64,000 nucleotides of DNA. It comes from an uncultured Actinomycetes bacterium (GTDB lineage Bacteria; Actinomycetota; Thermoleophilia; Gaiellales; JAICJC01). Location: positions 530,988 through 594,987 of the forward strand of contig CAVPTL010000008.1 in assembly GCA_963708725.1 (NCBI GenBank). Reading direction: 5' to 3'. A model generated the notes under the pieces. The model had not been told where the DNA came from and made no database searches. It saw only the letters and a program-made list of their open reading frames with translations. The position numbers were made by a program, and so were the translations under genes. This document shows, piece after piece, positions 25,520-33,684 of the stretch (positions are counted from its first letter, which is position 1; each line of letters begins with the position of its first letter).

Positions 25520-26835
25520 CCAGCTTCACCGAGCGCGCGCACGACCGGCTCGGCGACCACGACCGGCGGGCGGCCCTTGCCGTGATGACCGATCGCCAGT
25601 CGGACTCCCGGGTCGAGGCAACCGCCGAGATCGCCGACTTCGAAGCGCTGCGCGAGCGTGGTGCGGCGATTCGAACCGATGCGATTGAGCACCTCCCCCG
25701 GTACCTGGACGAGCTGGTCGCAAATGTCGAGCGAAACGGGGTGATCGTGCATCGCGCGGCGACCGCGGCCGAGGCGGTGTCGATTGTCAGTGAAATCACC
25801 GCTCAGCATGGCGGCGGACCGGTCGTCAAGGGAAAGTCGATGCTGTCCGAAGAGATCGGCCTGAACGAGCGGCTCGAGGCCGATGGCGTGGAGGTGTTCG
25901 AGACCGACCTGGGGGAGTTCATCCTGCAGCTCGCCGGCGAGGCCCCTGAGCACATCCTCGCACCCGCGATCCATTGGAGTCGAGAGCGGGTGCGAAAGCT
26001 GTTCGAGCCGCTCGCCGGGCGAACTCTGGGTGACGACCCCGAGGAGCTCGTCGGGTTCGCCCGCGGCCACCTGCGTGCCCGGTTCGAATCGGCCCGCGTC
26101 GGCATCACCGGCGTGAACTTCGGTGTGGCCGAGACCGGCACGGTCGTGGTTGTCTCCAATGAAGGCAACGGGCGGCTGTCGGCGGCGATGCCACCGGTGC
26201 ACATCGCGCTGATGGGAATTGAGCGGGTGGTGCCGAGGTTCGCCGACCTCGGCGTGCTTCTGCCACTGCTGGTGCGCTCGGCGACCGGGCAGCGGATGAG
26301 CTCCTACGTCTCGATGATCCAGGGCCCCCGCCGCGACGACGAGATCGACGGGCCCGAGGAGATGCACCTGGTACTCGTGGACAACGGCCGTTCGGGGGTA
26401 CGCGATTCGCGATACGCGAGCGTCCTTCGCTGCATCCGTTGCGGTGCGTGTCAAAACGTGTGTCCGGTGTATCGCCAGGTTGGTGGCAGCGCCTACGGGT
26501 GGGTGTACGGCGGTCCGATCGGCGCGGTCCTGACTCCGCTCTTTCGCGGGCAGCGTGAAGCCGGCGAGCTGAGCCAGGCCTCGTCGCTGTGTGCTGCCTG
26601 CGACGACGTCTGTCCCGTCAAGATCCCTCTGCACGACCTGCTGCTCGACCTTCGCCGCGATCGCGCGGCCGAGGTTGCCGGGCCGCTGGAGCGCCTCAGC
26701 TTCCGGCTGTGGAGCGAGGTCTGGAGCCGGCCGTGGGCCTACCGTGCGTCGATCCGGCTGGCGCCACTGGCTGCGCGGTTGCCGGGTCCGGGGCGCCGGT
26801 TCACTCGCACCCGAGATCTGAAGGTGCGGAGATGA
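25516..26835 (+). CDS. lutB: L-lactate utilisation protein LutB (4Fe-4S, LUD domain)
   Basis: CIRCGACQNVCPVY and CAACDDVCPV ferredoxin motifs. GTG 25516 overlaps the lutA stop (GTGA). Confidence 0.9.
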   Translation: MTSFTERAHDRLGDHDRRAALAVMTDRQSDSRVEATAEIADFEALRERGAAIRTDAIEHLPRYLDELVANVERNGVIVHRAATAAEAVSIVSEITAQHGGGPVVKGKSMLSEEIGLNERLEADGVEVFETDLGEFILQLAGEAPEHILAPAIHWSRERVRKLFEPLAGRTLGDDPEELVGFARGHLRARFESARVGITGVNFGVAETGTVVVVSNEGNGRLSAAMPPVHIALMGIERVVPRFADLGVLLPLLVRSATGQRMSSYVSMIQGPRRDDEIDGPEEMHLVLVDNGRSGVRDSRYASVLRCIRCGACQNVCPVYRQVGGSAYGWVYGGPIGAVLTPLFRGQREAGELSQASSLCAACDDVCPVKIPLHDLLLDLRRDRAAEVAGPLERLSFRLWSEVWSRPWAYRASIRLAPLAARLPGPGRRFTRTRDLKVRR

Positions 26836-27242
26836 TCGAGCGCTTCCGCGAGCGCCTGGAGGCCGCCGGCGGCGTGTTCTACCGAGGCCGCGAGGCCGCC
26901 ACCGACCTCGCCGGAGAGGGCGTGTCGCTGACCGGCACCCTGGTTGCAATCGCTGACACCGGCACCGTTGTCACCAGCTCTCGGCTGACCGGCGGGCGGC
27001 TGCCGGGCCTTGCCGATCCGGTGCATGTGGCCGTGGTCGAGGCAGCTGACGTGGTGGCGAATCTTCCGGAGGCGTTGGAGCGGATCGCGCCCGAGCTCGC
27101 GCGCGCGTCAGTTGTGACGCTGATTACCGGACCCAGCCGCAGTGCGGACATCGAAGGGATTCTGATTCGCGGTGCCCACGGGCCCCGTGAGCTGCACGTC
27201 GTCTGGGTCGACGGACCGCCCGGGGCGCCCCCGGCCGCCTGA
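26832..27242 (+). CDS. lutC: L-lactate utilisation protein LutC (LUD domain, short form)
   Basis: ATG 26832 overlaps the lutB stop (ATGA). …ADTGTVV…ITGPSRSADIEG… pattern. 136 aa. Confidence 0.8.
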   Translation: MIERFRERLEAAGGVFYRGREAATDLAGEGVSLTGTLVAIADTGTVVTSSRLTGGRLPGLADPVHVAVVEAADVVANLPEALERIAPELARASVVTLITGPSRSADIEGILIRGAHGPRELHVVWVDGPPGAPPAA

Positions 27243-27463
27243 ATGGGCGCGCTGCCAGTCGGCCAATTGCTCGTCTGTGAGGTCGCTCGGGGGCAACCGG
27301 CGGGCATATATGCCAAAACGCACAAGGAAGCCCAGCCCGATCACCGCGGGGATGATGTGCGGAATGTGTTGAAGCACAAGGTCCATCCACCCTCACTGTA
27401 GACCCTGGACCTCAGTAATGGGTTGGTTTTGCCCCCGTCACGCCGGTCCCCTAAGATTGCCGG

Positions 27464-28486
27464 GTGCAAGCTTTCAAAGTCGGGCTGTTCGCGGTCGTCC
27501 TGGGCACCATCGGATGGATAGCCGTGTACCTCACGCCCTCGTGGTTCCCGCCCCAGGCCTCGGTTCAAGCCGTCCGGCACGACCACATCTACTTCGCACT
27601 GATGATCATGGCGTCCTACATCTTCGCCATCGTCGTTTCGTTCCTGGGCTACTCGATGTGGGTGTTTCGGGCCAAGGACGGCGACATGTCCGACGGCGAG
27701 CCCATTCACGGCAACACAATGCTCGAGATCGTGTGGACGGTGATTCCGCTCGTGCTCGTGCTTGGCTTTGCCGTCTACGGGGCATTCGTGCTCTCCAAGA
27801 ACGAGAACACGTCGAACGCCCGGCTGCTGGTGAACGTCACGGGTGAGGAGTTCGAGTGGCGGTTCGATTACCCGACCCAGAAAGTGCACTCAGGGATTCT
27901 GGAGCTGCCGGTCAACCAGAAGGTCGTCTTCAAGGTTCATGGCCTCCCCAAGGACGTCATCCACGGGTTCTACATCCCGGCTTTCCGCGAGGGTATCGAC
28001 GCGGTTCCGGGCGAGGTGACGACGCTGGTAGCCACGCCCGACCGGGTCGGCTCCTACAACGTCATCTGCAACATGCTGTGCGGCATCGGCCATAGCCAGA
28101 TGCGCACGGTGGTCAATGTCGTTCCCCAGGAGAAGTTCGCCGCGTGGGTGCACACACAGCTGCATCCGCCAAAGCCCAAGCCGACGTCAGGGCCGATCGA
28201 TGCCAAGGCGCTGTTCACGACCAACTGCGCCTCGTGCCACACGCTGTCGGCTGCCGGCTCGACCGGGACGATCGGTCCAGACCTCGACAACGTGAGTTCC
28301 GATGCCACCAAGTACGGCAACGGCCAGTCGGCTGAGGACTACGTGAGAGAGTCGATCGTGGATCCGGATAAGGTAGTGGTGTCCGGCTTCCCATCCGGCA
28401 CGATGCCGCCGACCTTTGGAACATCGCTCAGCTCGCAGCAGATTGATGCACTCGTGGACTTCATCCTGAAAGGCAACAGCGGATGA
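27464..28486 (+). CDS. ctaC: cytochrome c oxidase subunit II with fused C-terminal cytochrome c (caa3 type)
   Basis: Two N-terminal TM helices, CuA ligands (VIHGFYIP … CNMLCGIGHSQM) and a heme-c site CASCH with a downstream SGTMP. Confidence 0.9.
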   Translation: MQAFKVGLFAVVLGTIGWIAVYLTPSWFPPQASVQAVRHDHIYFALMIMASYIFAIVVSFLGYSMWVFRAKDGDMSDGEPIHGNTMLEIVWTVIPLVLVLGFAVYGAFVLSKNENTSNARLLVNVTGEEFEWRFDYPTQKVHSGILELPVNQKVVFKVHGLPKDVIHGFYIPAFREGIDAVPGEVTTLVATPDRVGSYNVICNMLCGIGHSQMRTVVNVVPQEKFAAWVHTQLHPPKPKPTSGPIDAKALFTTNCASCHTLSAAGSTGTIGPDLDNVSSDATKYGNGQSAEDYVRESIVDPDKVVVSGFPSGTMPPTFGTSLSSQQIDALVDFILKGNSG

Positions 28487-30912
28487 CCGCACACGTTGAG
28501 GAACTTCCGGGGCAGAGCCATGGGCATGACCACGGCCACGGTCACAGCGGCCCCAAGAAGTCGATCTGGTTGCGCGGGAGCTGGGTGCGCGCCGCCTGGG
28601 TGTCCACGCTTGGCGCGCTGATCGGGCGCTTCGGCGTGATGGCGATCCGCAGCTGGCTGTTCGGGTACCCCGCCCAGGACTCCGGCGTCGAGGACACCTT
28701 CATGATGCTGTTCGGCGGCGTCGGGTTCCTGATCGGCATCGGCTGCTTCGATTACTGGTACGGCTACCTCGTCGGCAAGCACGATTGGGTCGAAGAGGAT
28801 CACTCGGCGCACGGCGCCTACACCTGGAAGGACTACTTCAAGGTCAATACCGACCACAAGGTGATCGGTATCCAGTACCTGTGTACGACCTTCATCTTCT
28901 TCATGATCGGCGGCGCGCTGGCCGAGGGAGTCCGCGCCGAACTCGCGACGCCGGGTACCCAGTACTTCTCGCCGGGCACCTACAACGGCCTGTTCTCGGT
29001 ACACGCGGCGCTGATGATCTTCCTGTTCATCATCCCCGCCTTCGCCGGTCTCGCCAACGTGGTCATCCCGCTCATGCTGGGCGCGCAGGACATGGCCTTC
29101 CCGCGGCTCAACGCGCTGTCGTTCTGGATGCTCCCGATCGCCGGCGTGTGCATGTGCTCGTCGTTCCTGGTGGGTGCGTTCGACGCCGGCTGGACGAACT
29201 ATCCGTCGCTCGCGGTGCACGGCCCTGCGGGCCAGACGTTCTGGGTGATGGGTGTGCAGTTCGCCGGCGCGTCGTCGATCGCGACGGCCGTCAACTTCCT
29301 GGTCACCATCGTGACGATGCGCGCCCCAGGGATGACGTTCTGGCGGATGCCGCTGCTGGTGTGGGCGAACCTGGCGACGTCGACCCTGGTTGTGTTGGGC
29401 ACGCCGTTCATCGCCGGTGCCCAGTTCATGGTGCTGTTCGACCGGTTGTTCCCGACGCACTTCTTTGATCCAGCCGCCGGCGGCAACTTAATTATGTACC
29501 AGCACATATTCTGGTTCTACTCGCACCCAGCGGTGTACATCATGATGCTGCCCGGGTTCGGGATCATTTCCGAGGTGATCGCGACTCATTCGCGCAAACC
29601 GATCTTCGGCTACCGCCTGATCGCCCTCTCGACGGTCGCGATCGGTGTGCTCGGATTTACCGTGTGGGCGCACCACATGTTCATCGCGGGCATGGCTCCG
29701 TGGCTGCGCGTGCCCATGATGTTCACGACGATGCTGATCGCGGTCCCGACCGGCATCAAGATGTTCTCGTGGCTTGCGACCATGTGGAAGGGCGTGATCC
29801 ATCTCACGACGGCCATGCTGTTTGCCTGTGGCTTCCTGTTCACGTTTGCGATCGGCGGCCTCTCCGGCGTCTTCCTGGCCGTGCTGCCGGTCGACATCAA
29901 CGTCTCGAGCTCCTACTTCGTGGTCGCCCATATCCACTACGTGCTGTTCGGCGGCTCGGTGTTCACGATCTATGCGGGCATCTACCACTGGTATCCGAAG
30001 ATGACCGGCCGGATGTACGACGAGACGCTCGGAAAGCTGCACTTCTGGATCACGTTCTTTGCGTTCAACTTCACGTTCATGCCGATGCACTGGCTGGGTC
30101 TGGAGGAGATGCCGCGGCGCGTTGAGGACTACGACCCGAGGTTCGGCACCGTCAACTTCTTCATCTCGGTGTGGGCGTTCGTCCTGGGTGCCTCGACGCT
30201 GATCTTCCTCTACAACATGATCCACTCGTGGGCCAAGGGCAAACGCGCGCCCGCCAACCCGTGGCGGTCGCTCACCCTGGAGTGGCAGGTGACCTCGCCA
30301 CCGCCGATCTTCAACTTCGACGAGCCGCCGCAGGTCGTGGGCAGCCCGTATGCCTACGGCATCCCCGGGGCGCGCCACGCCATCGTGACCGTGCACACGC
30401 CGGAACCGGTCGCACGCCCCATGCCGGCGGTGCTTGCCACCGCTACGCCCGCTCAAAGGGAGGCGATCATGTCGACGCTCAAACACATACTGGTGGTCGC
30501 GAACCAGACGGTCGCGAGCGAACCGCTGATCGCCGCGGTGCGGGCGCGGGCCCAGGCCGAACCGAGCCGTGTGACCGTGATCTGCCCGCAGAACGACCCG
30601 AGCGACAGTTGGGTGGTGGACGAGGAGGATGTGGCTGCCGAGACGCGCCGTCGCCTCGACGCGACGCTGGCTGCACTCTCCAACGCGGGGGTGCAGGCCG
30701 AGGGTCACGTGGTCGCGGCCGACCCGTACACCGCGGTGCTGGACGTGGTGGAGTCCGACGACCCGCCCGCCGAGATCATCGTCTCGACACTGCCTCGCAC
30801 TCGCTCAGGCTGGATGCGGCGCGACCTGATCGAGCGACTGCGTGATCGCGTCGACGTGCCGGTCTCTCATGTCGAGGCCGATATGCGTACCGATCCGGCG
30901 GAGAGCCGTTGA
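28483..30912 (+). CDS. ctaD: cytochrome c oxidase subunit I (A2 type), with a ~115-aa N-terminal extension and a 147-aa C-terminal USP-like domain
   Basis: The core runs from …TDHKVIGIQYL… through …WFYSHPAVYIMMLPGFG… and HHMF to …SPPPIFNF. The same frame continues without a stop into MSTLKHILVVANQT… (from 30469). Confidence 0.9.
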   Translation: MTAHVEELPGQSHGHDHGHGHSGPKKSIWLRGSWVRAAWVSTLGALIGRFGVMAIRSWLFGYPAQDSGVEDTFMMLFGGVGFLIGIGCFDYWYGYLVGKHDWVEEDHSAHGAYTWKDYFKVNTDHKVIGIQYLCTTFIFFMIGGALAEGVRAELATPGTQYFSPGTYNGLFSVHAALMIFLFIIPAFAGLANVVIPLMLGAQDMAFPRLNALSFWMLPIAGVCMCSSFLVGAFDAGWTNYPSLAVHGPAGQTFWVMGVQFAGASSIATAVNFLVTIVTMRAPGMTFWRMPLLVWANLATSTLVVLGTPFIAGAQFMVLFDRLFPTHFFDPAAGGNLIMYQHIFWFYSHPAVYIMMLPGFGIISEVIATHSRKPIFGYRLIALSTVAIGVLGFTVWAHHMFIAGMAPWLRVPMMFTTMLIAVPTGIKMFSWLATMWKGVIHLTTAMLFACGFLFTFAIGGLSGVFLAVLPVDINVSSSYFVVAHIHYVLFGGSVFTIYAGIYHWYPKMTGRMYDETLGKLHFWITFFAFNFTFMPMHWLGLEEMPRRVEDYDPRFGTVNFFISVWAFVLGASTLIFLYNMIHSWAKGKRAPANPWRSLTLEWQVTSPPPIFNFDEPPQVVGSPYAYGIPGARHAIVTVHTPEPVARPMPAVLATATPAQREAIMSTLKHILVVANQTVASEPLIAAVRARAQAEPSRVTVICPQNDPSDSWVVDEEDVAAETRRRLDATLAALSNAGVQAEGHVVAADPYTAVLDVVESDDPPAEIIVSTLPRTRSGWMRRDLIERLRDRVDVPVSHVEADMRTDPAESR

Positions 30913-31520
30913 GCGCCCACAGCGTTCCGATCGACGGTCCAGCCCTGCCCGATGCAGCCGCTGAGCAGCCTCACGAGAGCCTTCTGACCAACCGCGTCTA
31001 CCTCGGGATGGTCATGTTCCTGGGGTCGGAGGCCATGCTCTTCGGGTCGTTCTTCACGGCCTTCTTCTTCCTTCGCTTCACAAGCTCCAGCTGGCCGACG
31101 GACGGGCTCACCCTCCCGGTCGAAGCGACCGGGATCAACACCGCGATCCTGATCAGCTCGTCGTTCACGATGCATTGGGCGCTGGTCTCGATCCGCCGCA
31201 ACAGCCGGTTTGGGTTGGTACTTGGCCTGGGCCTGACGCTGCTGATGGGAGTGACCTTCCTCGCGCTCCAGATCCACGAGTACCTCACGCTCGGATTCTC
31301 GCCCTCGACCAATGCATTCAGCGGCGCGTTCTTCGCGCTGACCGGTCTGCACGGATTCCACGTGCTGATCGGCGCGACGCTCTTGACAATCGCCTTCACG
31401 CGCGCATCGCGCGGACACTACTCCCCGGAATCCCACCTCGGCCTCGAAGTGACCGGCCTCTACTGGCACTTCGTCGACGTCGTCTGGATTCTCCTCTACA
31501 CAGTCGTCTACCTCTTGTAG
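30909..31520 (+). CDS. ctaE: cytochrome c oxidase subunit III
   Basis: …FLGSEAMLFGSFF…LTGLHGFHVLIG…YWHFVDVVWILLY… is typical of subunit III. The TTG start overlaps the ctaD stop. Confidence 0.9.
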   Translation: MSAHSVPIDGPALPDAAAEQPHESLLTNRVYLGMVMFLGSEAMLFGSFFTAFFFLRFTSSSWPTDGLTLPVEATGINTAILISSSFTMHWALVSIRRNSRFGLVLGLGLTLLMGVTFLALQIHEYLTLGFSPSTNAFSGAFFALTGLHGFHVLIGATLLTIAFTRASRGHYSPESHLGLEVTGLYWHFVDVVWILLYTVVYLL

Positions 31521-31639
31521 CTCGGCGGGCGGCTGCAAACCTACGCGTGGCGGTGTCCTCGGTTGGGCAAGTGCGAAGCACGTGCCCTCCCTCGTCCTTG
31601 CCCCGCTTGGTTTTCGCTCGCCGGCCGAGCTACAAGGGC

Positions 31640-31672
31640 GTGAATAAATGGTGCCTGGCACCATTTATTCAC
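31640..31672. terminator. perfect 16-1-16 palindrome, likely bidirectional terminator; copy B of the repeated element
   Basis: GTGAATAAATGGTGCC-T-GGCACCATTTATTCAC, between the two convergent oxidase operons. Shares TGAATAA / GGTGCC-N-GGCACC / TTATTCA with 21014-21042. Confidence 0.7.
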
Positions 31673-31680
31673 CTTTGAGC

Positions 31681-31902
31681 CTAGTCGGGGAGGTTGCGGT
31701 ATTCCTCGAGGGAGTCGCGCACCCAGACGAAGATGGCGCCGATTGTGATCATGGCGCCGATCGAGACGAGTGCCAGACGGTAGATGCGCGCGTCGGGCAC
31801 GAACCCGAACAGCAGCAGTGCGATCCCAAAGCCGGTCACAATCGGGACTCCCGACGGCGACGGCAGGTGGAACGGGTTTTGGTCGTGGTCTTCGTCAGCC
31901 AT
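31681..31902 (-). CDS. small two-TM membrane protein, probable accessory oxidase subunit (N-terminus resembles the start of subunit III)
   Basis: MADEDHDQNPFHLPSPSGVPIVTGFG… The H-x-P-x-PS-x-x-P pattern resembles subunit III helix 1. It starts 2 nt after the preceding small ORF. 73 aa. Confidence 0.6.
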   Translation of the reverse strand: MADEDHDQNPFHLPSPSGVPIVTGFGIALLLFGFVPDARIYRLALVSIGAMITIGAIFVWVRDSLEEYRNLPD

Positions 31903-31904
31903 GA

Positions 31905-32021
31905 TCAGTAGTGGATCGTGATCTCGCCGACCACGAAGGTCGCGGCCAGGATCAGGAGCGAGGCGAGTGACAGCCACAGCGCGAGGCGGATGTTCTTGTT
32001 GGCGGTTCGCTTATCGAGCAT
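31905..32021 (-). CDS. 38-aa single-TM protein (not in the ORF track), probable small oxidase subunit
   Basis: MLDKRTANKNIRLALWLSLASLLILAATFVVGEITIHY. The ATG lies 1 nt after the coxI stop (TGAgATG). Nearly every codon ends in G or C. Confidence 0.55.
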   Translation of the reverse strand: MLDKRTANKNIRLALWLSLASLLILAATFVVGEITIHY

Positions 32022-32022
32022 C

Positions 32023-33684
32023 TCAGGCTTTCGATTCTATCGCCGCTGCGTCCGCGGCCTGCCGCTGTCGCAGGTCGTACAGCGGGCGCTCGCTGCGGAT
32101 CGGGGGCAGGTCGTCGAAGTTGTGGGCCGGCGGCGGGGAGGTCGTGTACCACTCGAGGCTGTTGCCGCCCCACGGATCGTTCGGGGCGATCCGGCCGTAG
32201 CGCAGCGAGCTGATGCAGTTCCACAGCACCATCATCACGCCGACGGCCAGCAGCAGCGCGCCGATGGTGGCCAGTTGGTTGTAGATCTGCCAGCTGTGCT
32301 CGGTGTACGTCGACACCCGTCGGCGCATGCCCGAGAGACCCGCGGCGTGCATCGGGAAGAACGTCAGGTTGAAGGCGATGAACAGCACCCAGAAGCTGCG
32401 AACAGCGAGCTTGCGATCGAGCATCCGGCCCGTGATCTTCGGATACCAGAAGTGCACCCCCGCCATCACCGCGAACACCGGAACCGTGCCCAGCACGTAG
32501 TGGAAGTGGGCCACCACGAAATACGTATCGGTGGTGTACTGGTCGATCGGGTAGACGGCCAGCATGATCCCCGAAAGCCCGCCGATGATGAACAGCCCGA
32601 TGAAGCCGACCGCGAACAGCATTGGTGGCTCGAATCGCAGCCGGCCCATCCACATCGTGCCGATCCAGTTGAAGATCTTGACCCCGGTGGGGATCGCGAT
32701 CAGGAGCGACGTGAACATGAACCAGATCTGCAGCGGCTCCGAGAACCCGACGGCGAACATGTGGTGGCCCCAGACCAGGAAGCCGAGGAACGCGATCGCC
32801 GCGGTGGAGTACACGAGTGCGCGATACCCGAACAGCGGCTTGCGCGAGAACACCGGCAGGATCTCGGAGATCATTCCGAACCCGGGCAGGGCCATCACGT
32901 ACACCACCGGGTGTGAGTAGAACCAGAACAGGTGCTGATACAGCAGCACGTTGCCGGAGTGCGCCGGGTTGTAGAAGTTCGTGCCGTAGTTGCGGTCGAG
33001 CAGCAACATCGTGAGGGCTCCCGCCAGCACCGGCCCGGCGGCCACGATCATGATCGAGTAGATCTCGATCGTCCACGTGAACAGTGGCATCCGCGACAGC
33101 CGCATTCCGGGAGCGCGCATGTTGTGGATGGTGCACAGGAAGTTGATCGCCCCGATCAGCGATGAGATCCCGATCACATGCAGGCCCACGATCCACAAGT
33201 CCTGGCCATGGCCGGGCGAGAGCACCGACAGCGGTGGGTAGCTCGTCCAGCCGGAGTCGGCCGGCCCGCCGCCCCAGACGAACCCGGAGTACAGGATGAT
33301 GCCCCCGAACAGGAGCAGCCAGAACGACAGCGCGTTGAGGCGCGGGAACGCCATGTCGCGGGCGCCGATCTGGAGCGGCACGAGGTAGTTGCCGAACGCC
33401 GCCATCACGGGCACCACGAACAGGAAGATCATGGTCGTGCCGTGCATGGTCATGATCTGGTCGTAGGCCTCCGACGAGATCAGCGTGTTGTTGGTGTGCT
33501 CGAGCTGGAGCCGGATCACCAACGCGAAGATGCCGCCGATCAGGAAGAACACGAAGGTCGTGACCAGGTAGAGGATCCCGATGCGCTTGTGGTCGACGGT
33601 CGTGATCCAGGACATGAACCCGCCGCCGTCGGCTTCGGGAAGCTGGGCCACGGTGGGCGTAGGAGCTGCTTCGGTGGTAGCCAC
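32023..33684 (-). CDS. cytochrome c oxidase subunit I (second copy, A2 type)
   Basis: …TVDHKRIGILYL…WFYSHPVVYVMALPGFG…HHMF…SPPPAHNF. The GTG start overlaps the TAG of subunit II (TAGTG). 553 aa. Confidence 0.9.
   Translation of the reverse strand: MATTEAAPTPTVAQLPEADGGGFMSWITTVDHKRIGILYLVTTFVFFLIGGIFALVIRLQLEHTNNTLISSEAYDQIMTMHGTTMIFLFVVPVMAAFGNYLVPLQIGARDMAFPRLNALSFWLLLFGGIILYSGFVWGGGPADSGWTSYPPLSVLSPGHGQDLWIVGLHVIGISSLIGAINFLCTIHNMRAPGMRLSRMPLFTWTIEIYSIMIVAAGPVLAGALTMLLLDRNYGTNFYNPAHSGNVLLYQHLFWFYSHPVVYVMALPGFGMISEILPVFSRKPLFGYRALVYSTAAIAFLGFLVWGHHMFAVGFSEPLQIWFMFTSLLIAIPTGVKIFNWIGTMWMGRLRFEPPMLFAVGFIGLFIIGGLSGIMLAVYPIDQYTTDTYFVVAHFHYVLGTVPVFAVMAGVHFWYPKITGRMLDRKLAVRSFWVLFIAFNLTFFPMHAAGLSGMRRRVSTYTEHSWQIYNQLATIGALLLAVGVMMVLWNCISSLRYGRIAPNDPWGGNSLEWYTTSPPPAHNFDDLPPIRSERPLYDLRQRQAADAAAIESKA

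Noticed and set aside
31521-31678. Possible fourth oxidase subunit ORF after ctaE (frame VAVSSVGQVRSTCPPSSLPRLVFARRPSYKGVNKWCLAPFIHL).
   Set aside because: It is not hydrophobic and has no ribosome-binding site. It reads straight through the palindromic terminator, and it is the tail of an out-of-frame shadow ORF (31175..31678).
28339-33196. Antisense or out-of-frame ORFs over the oxidase genes (28339..29460, 29488..30708, 31918..32916, 31952..33196).
   Set aside because: The opposite or overlapping frames encode textbook subunit I, II and III sequences. These ORFs are Arg/His/Asp-rich artefacts of GC-rich codon usage.
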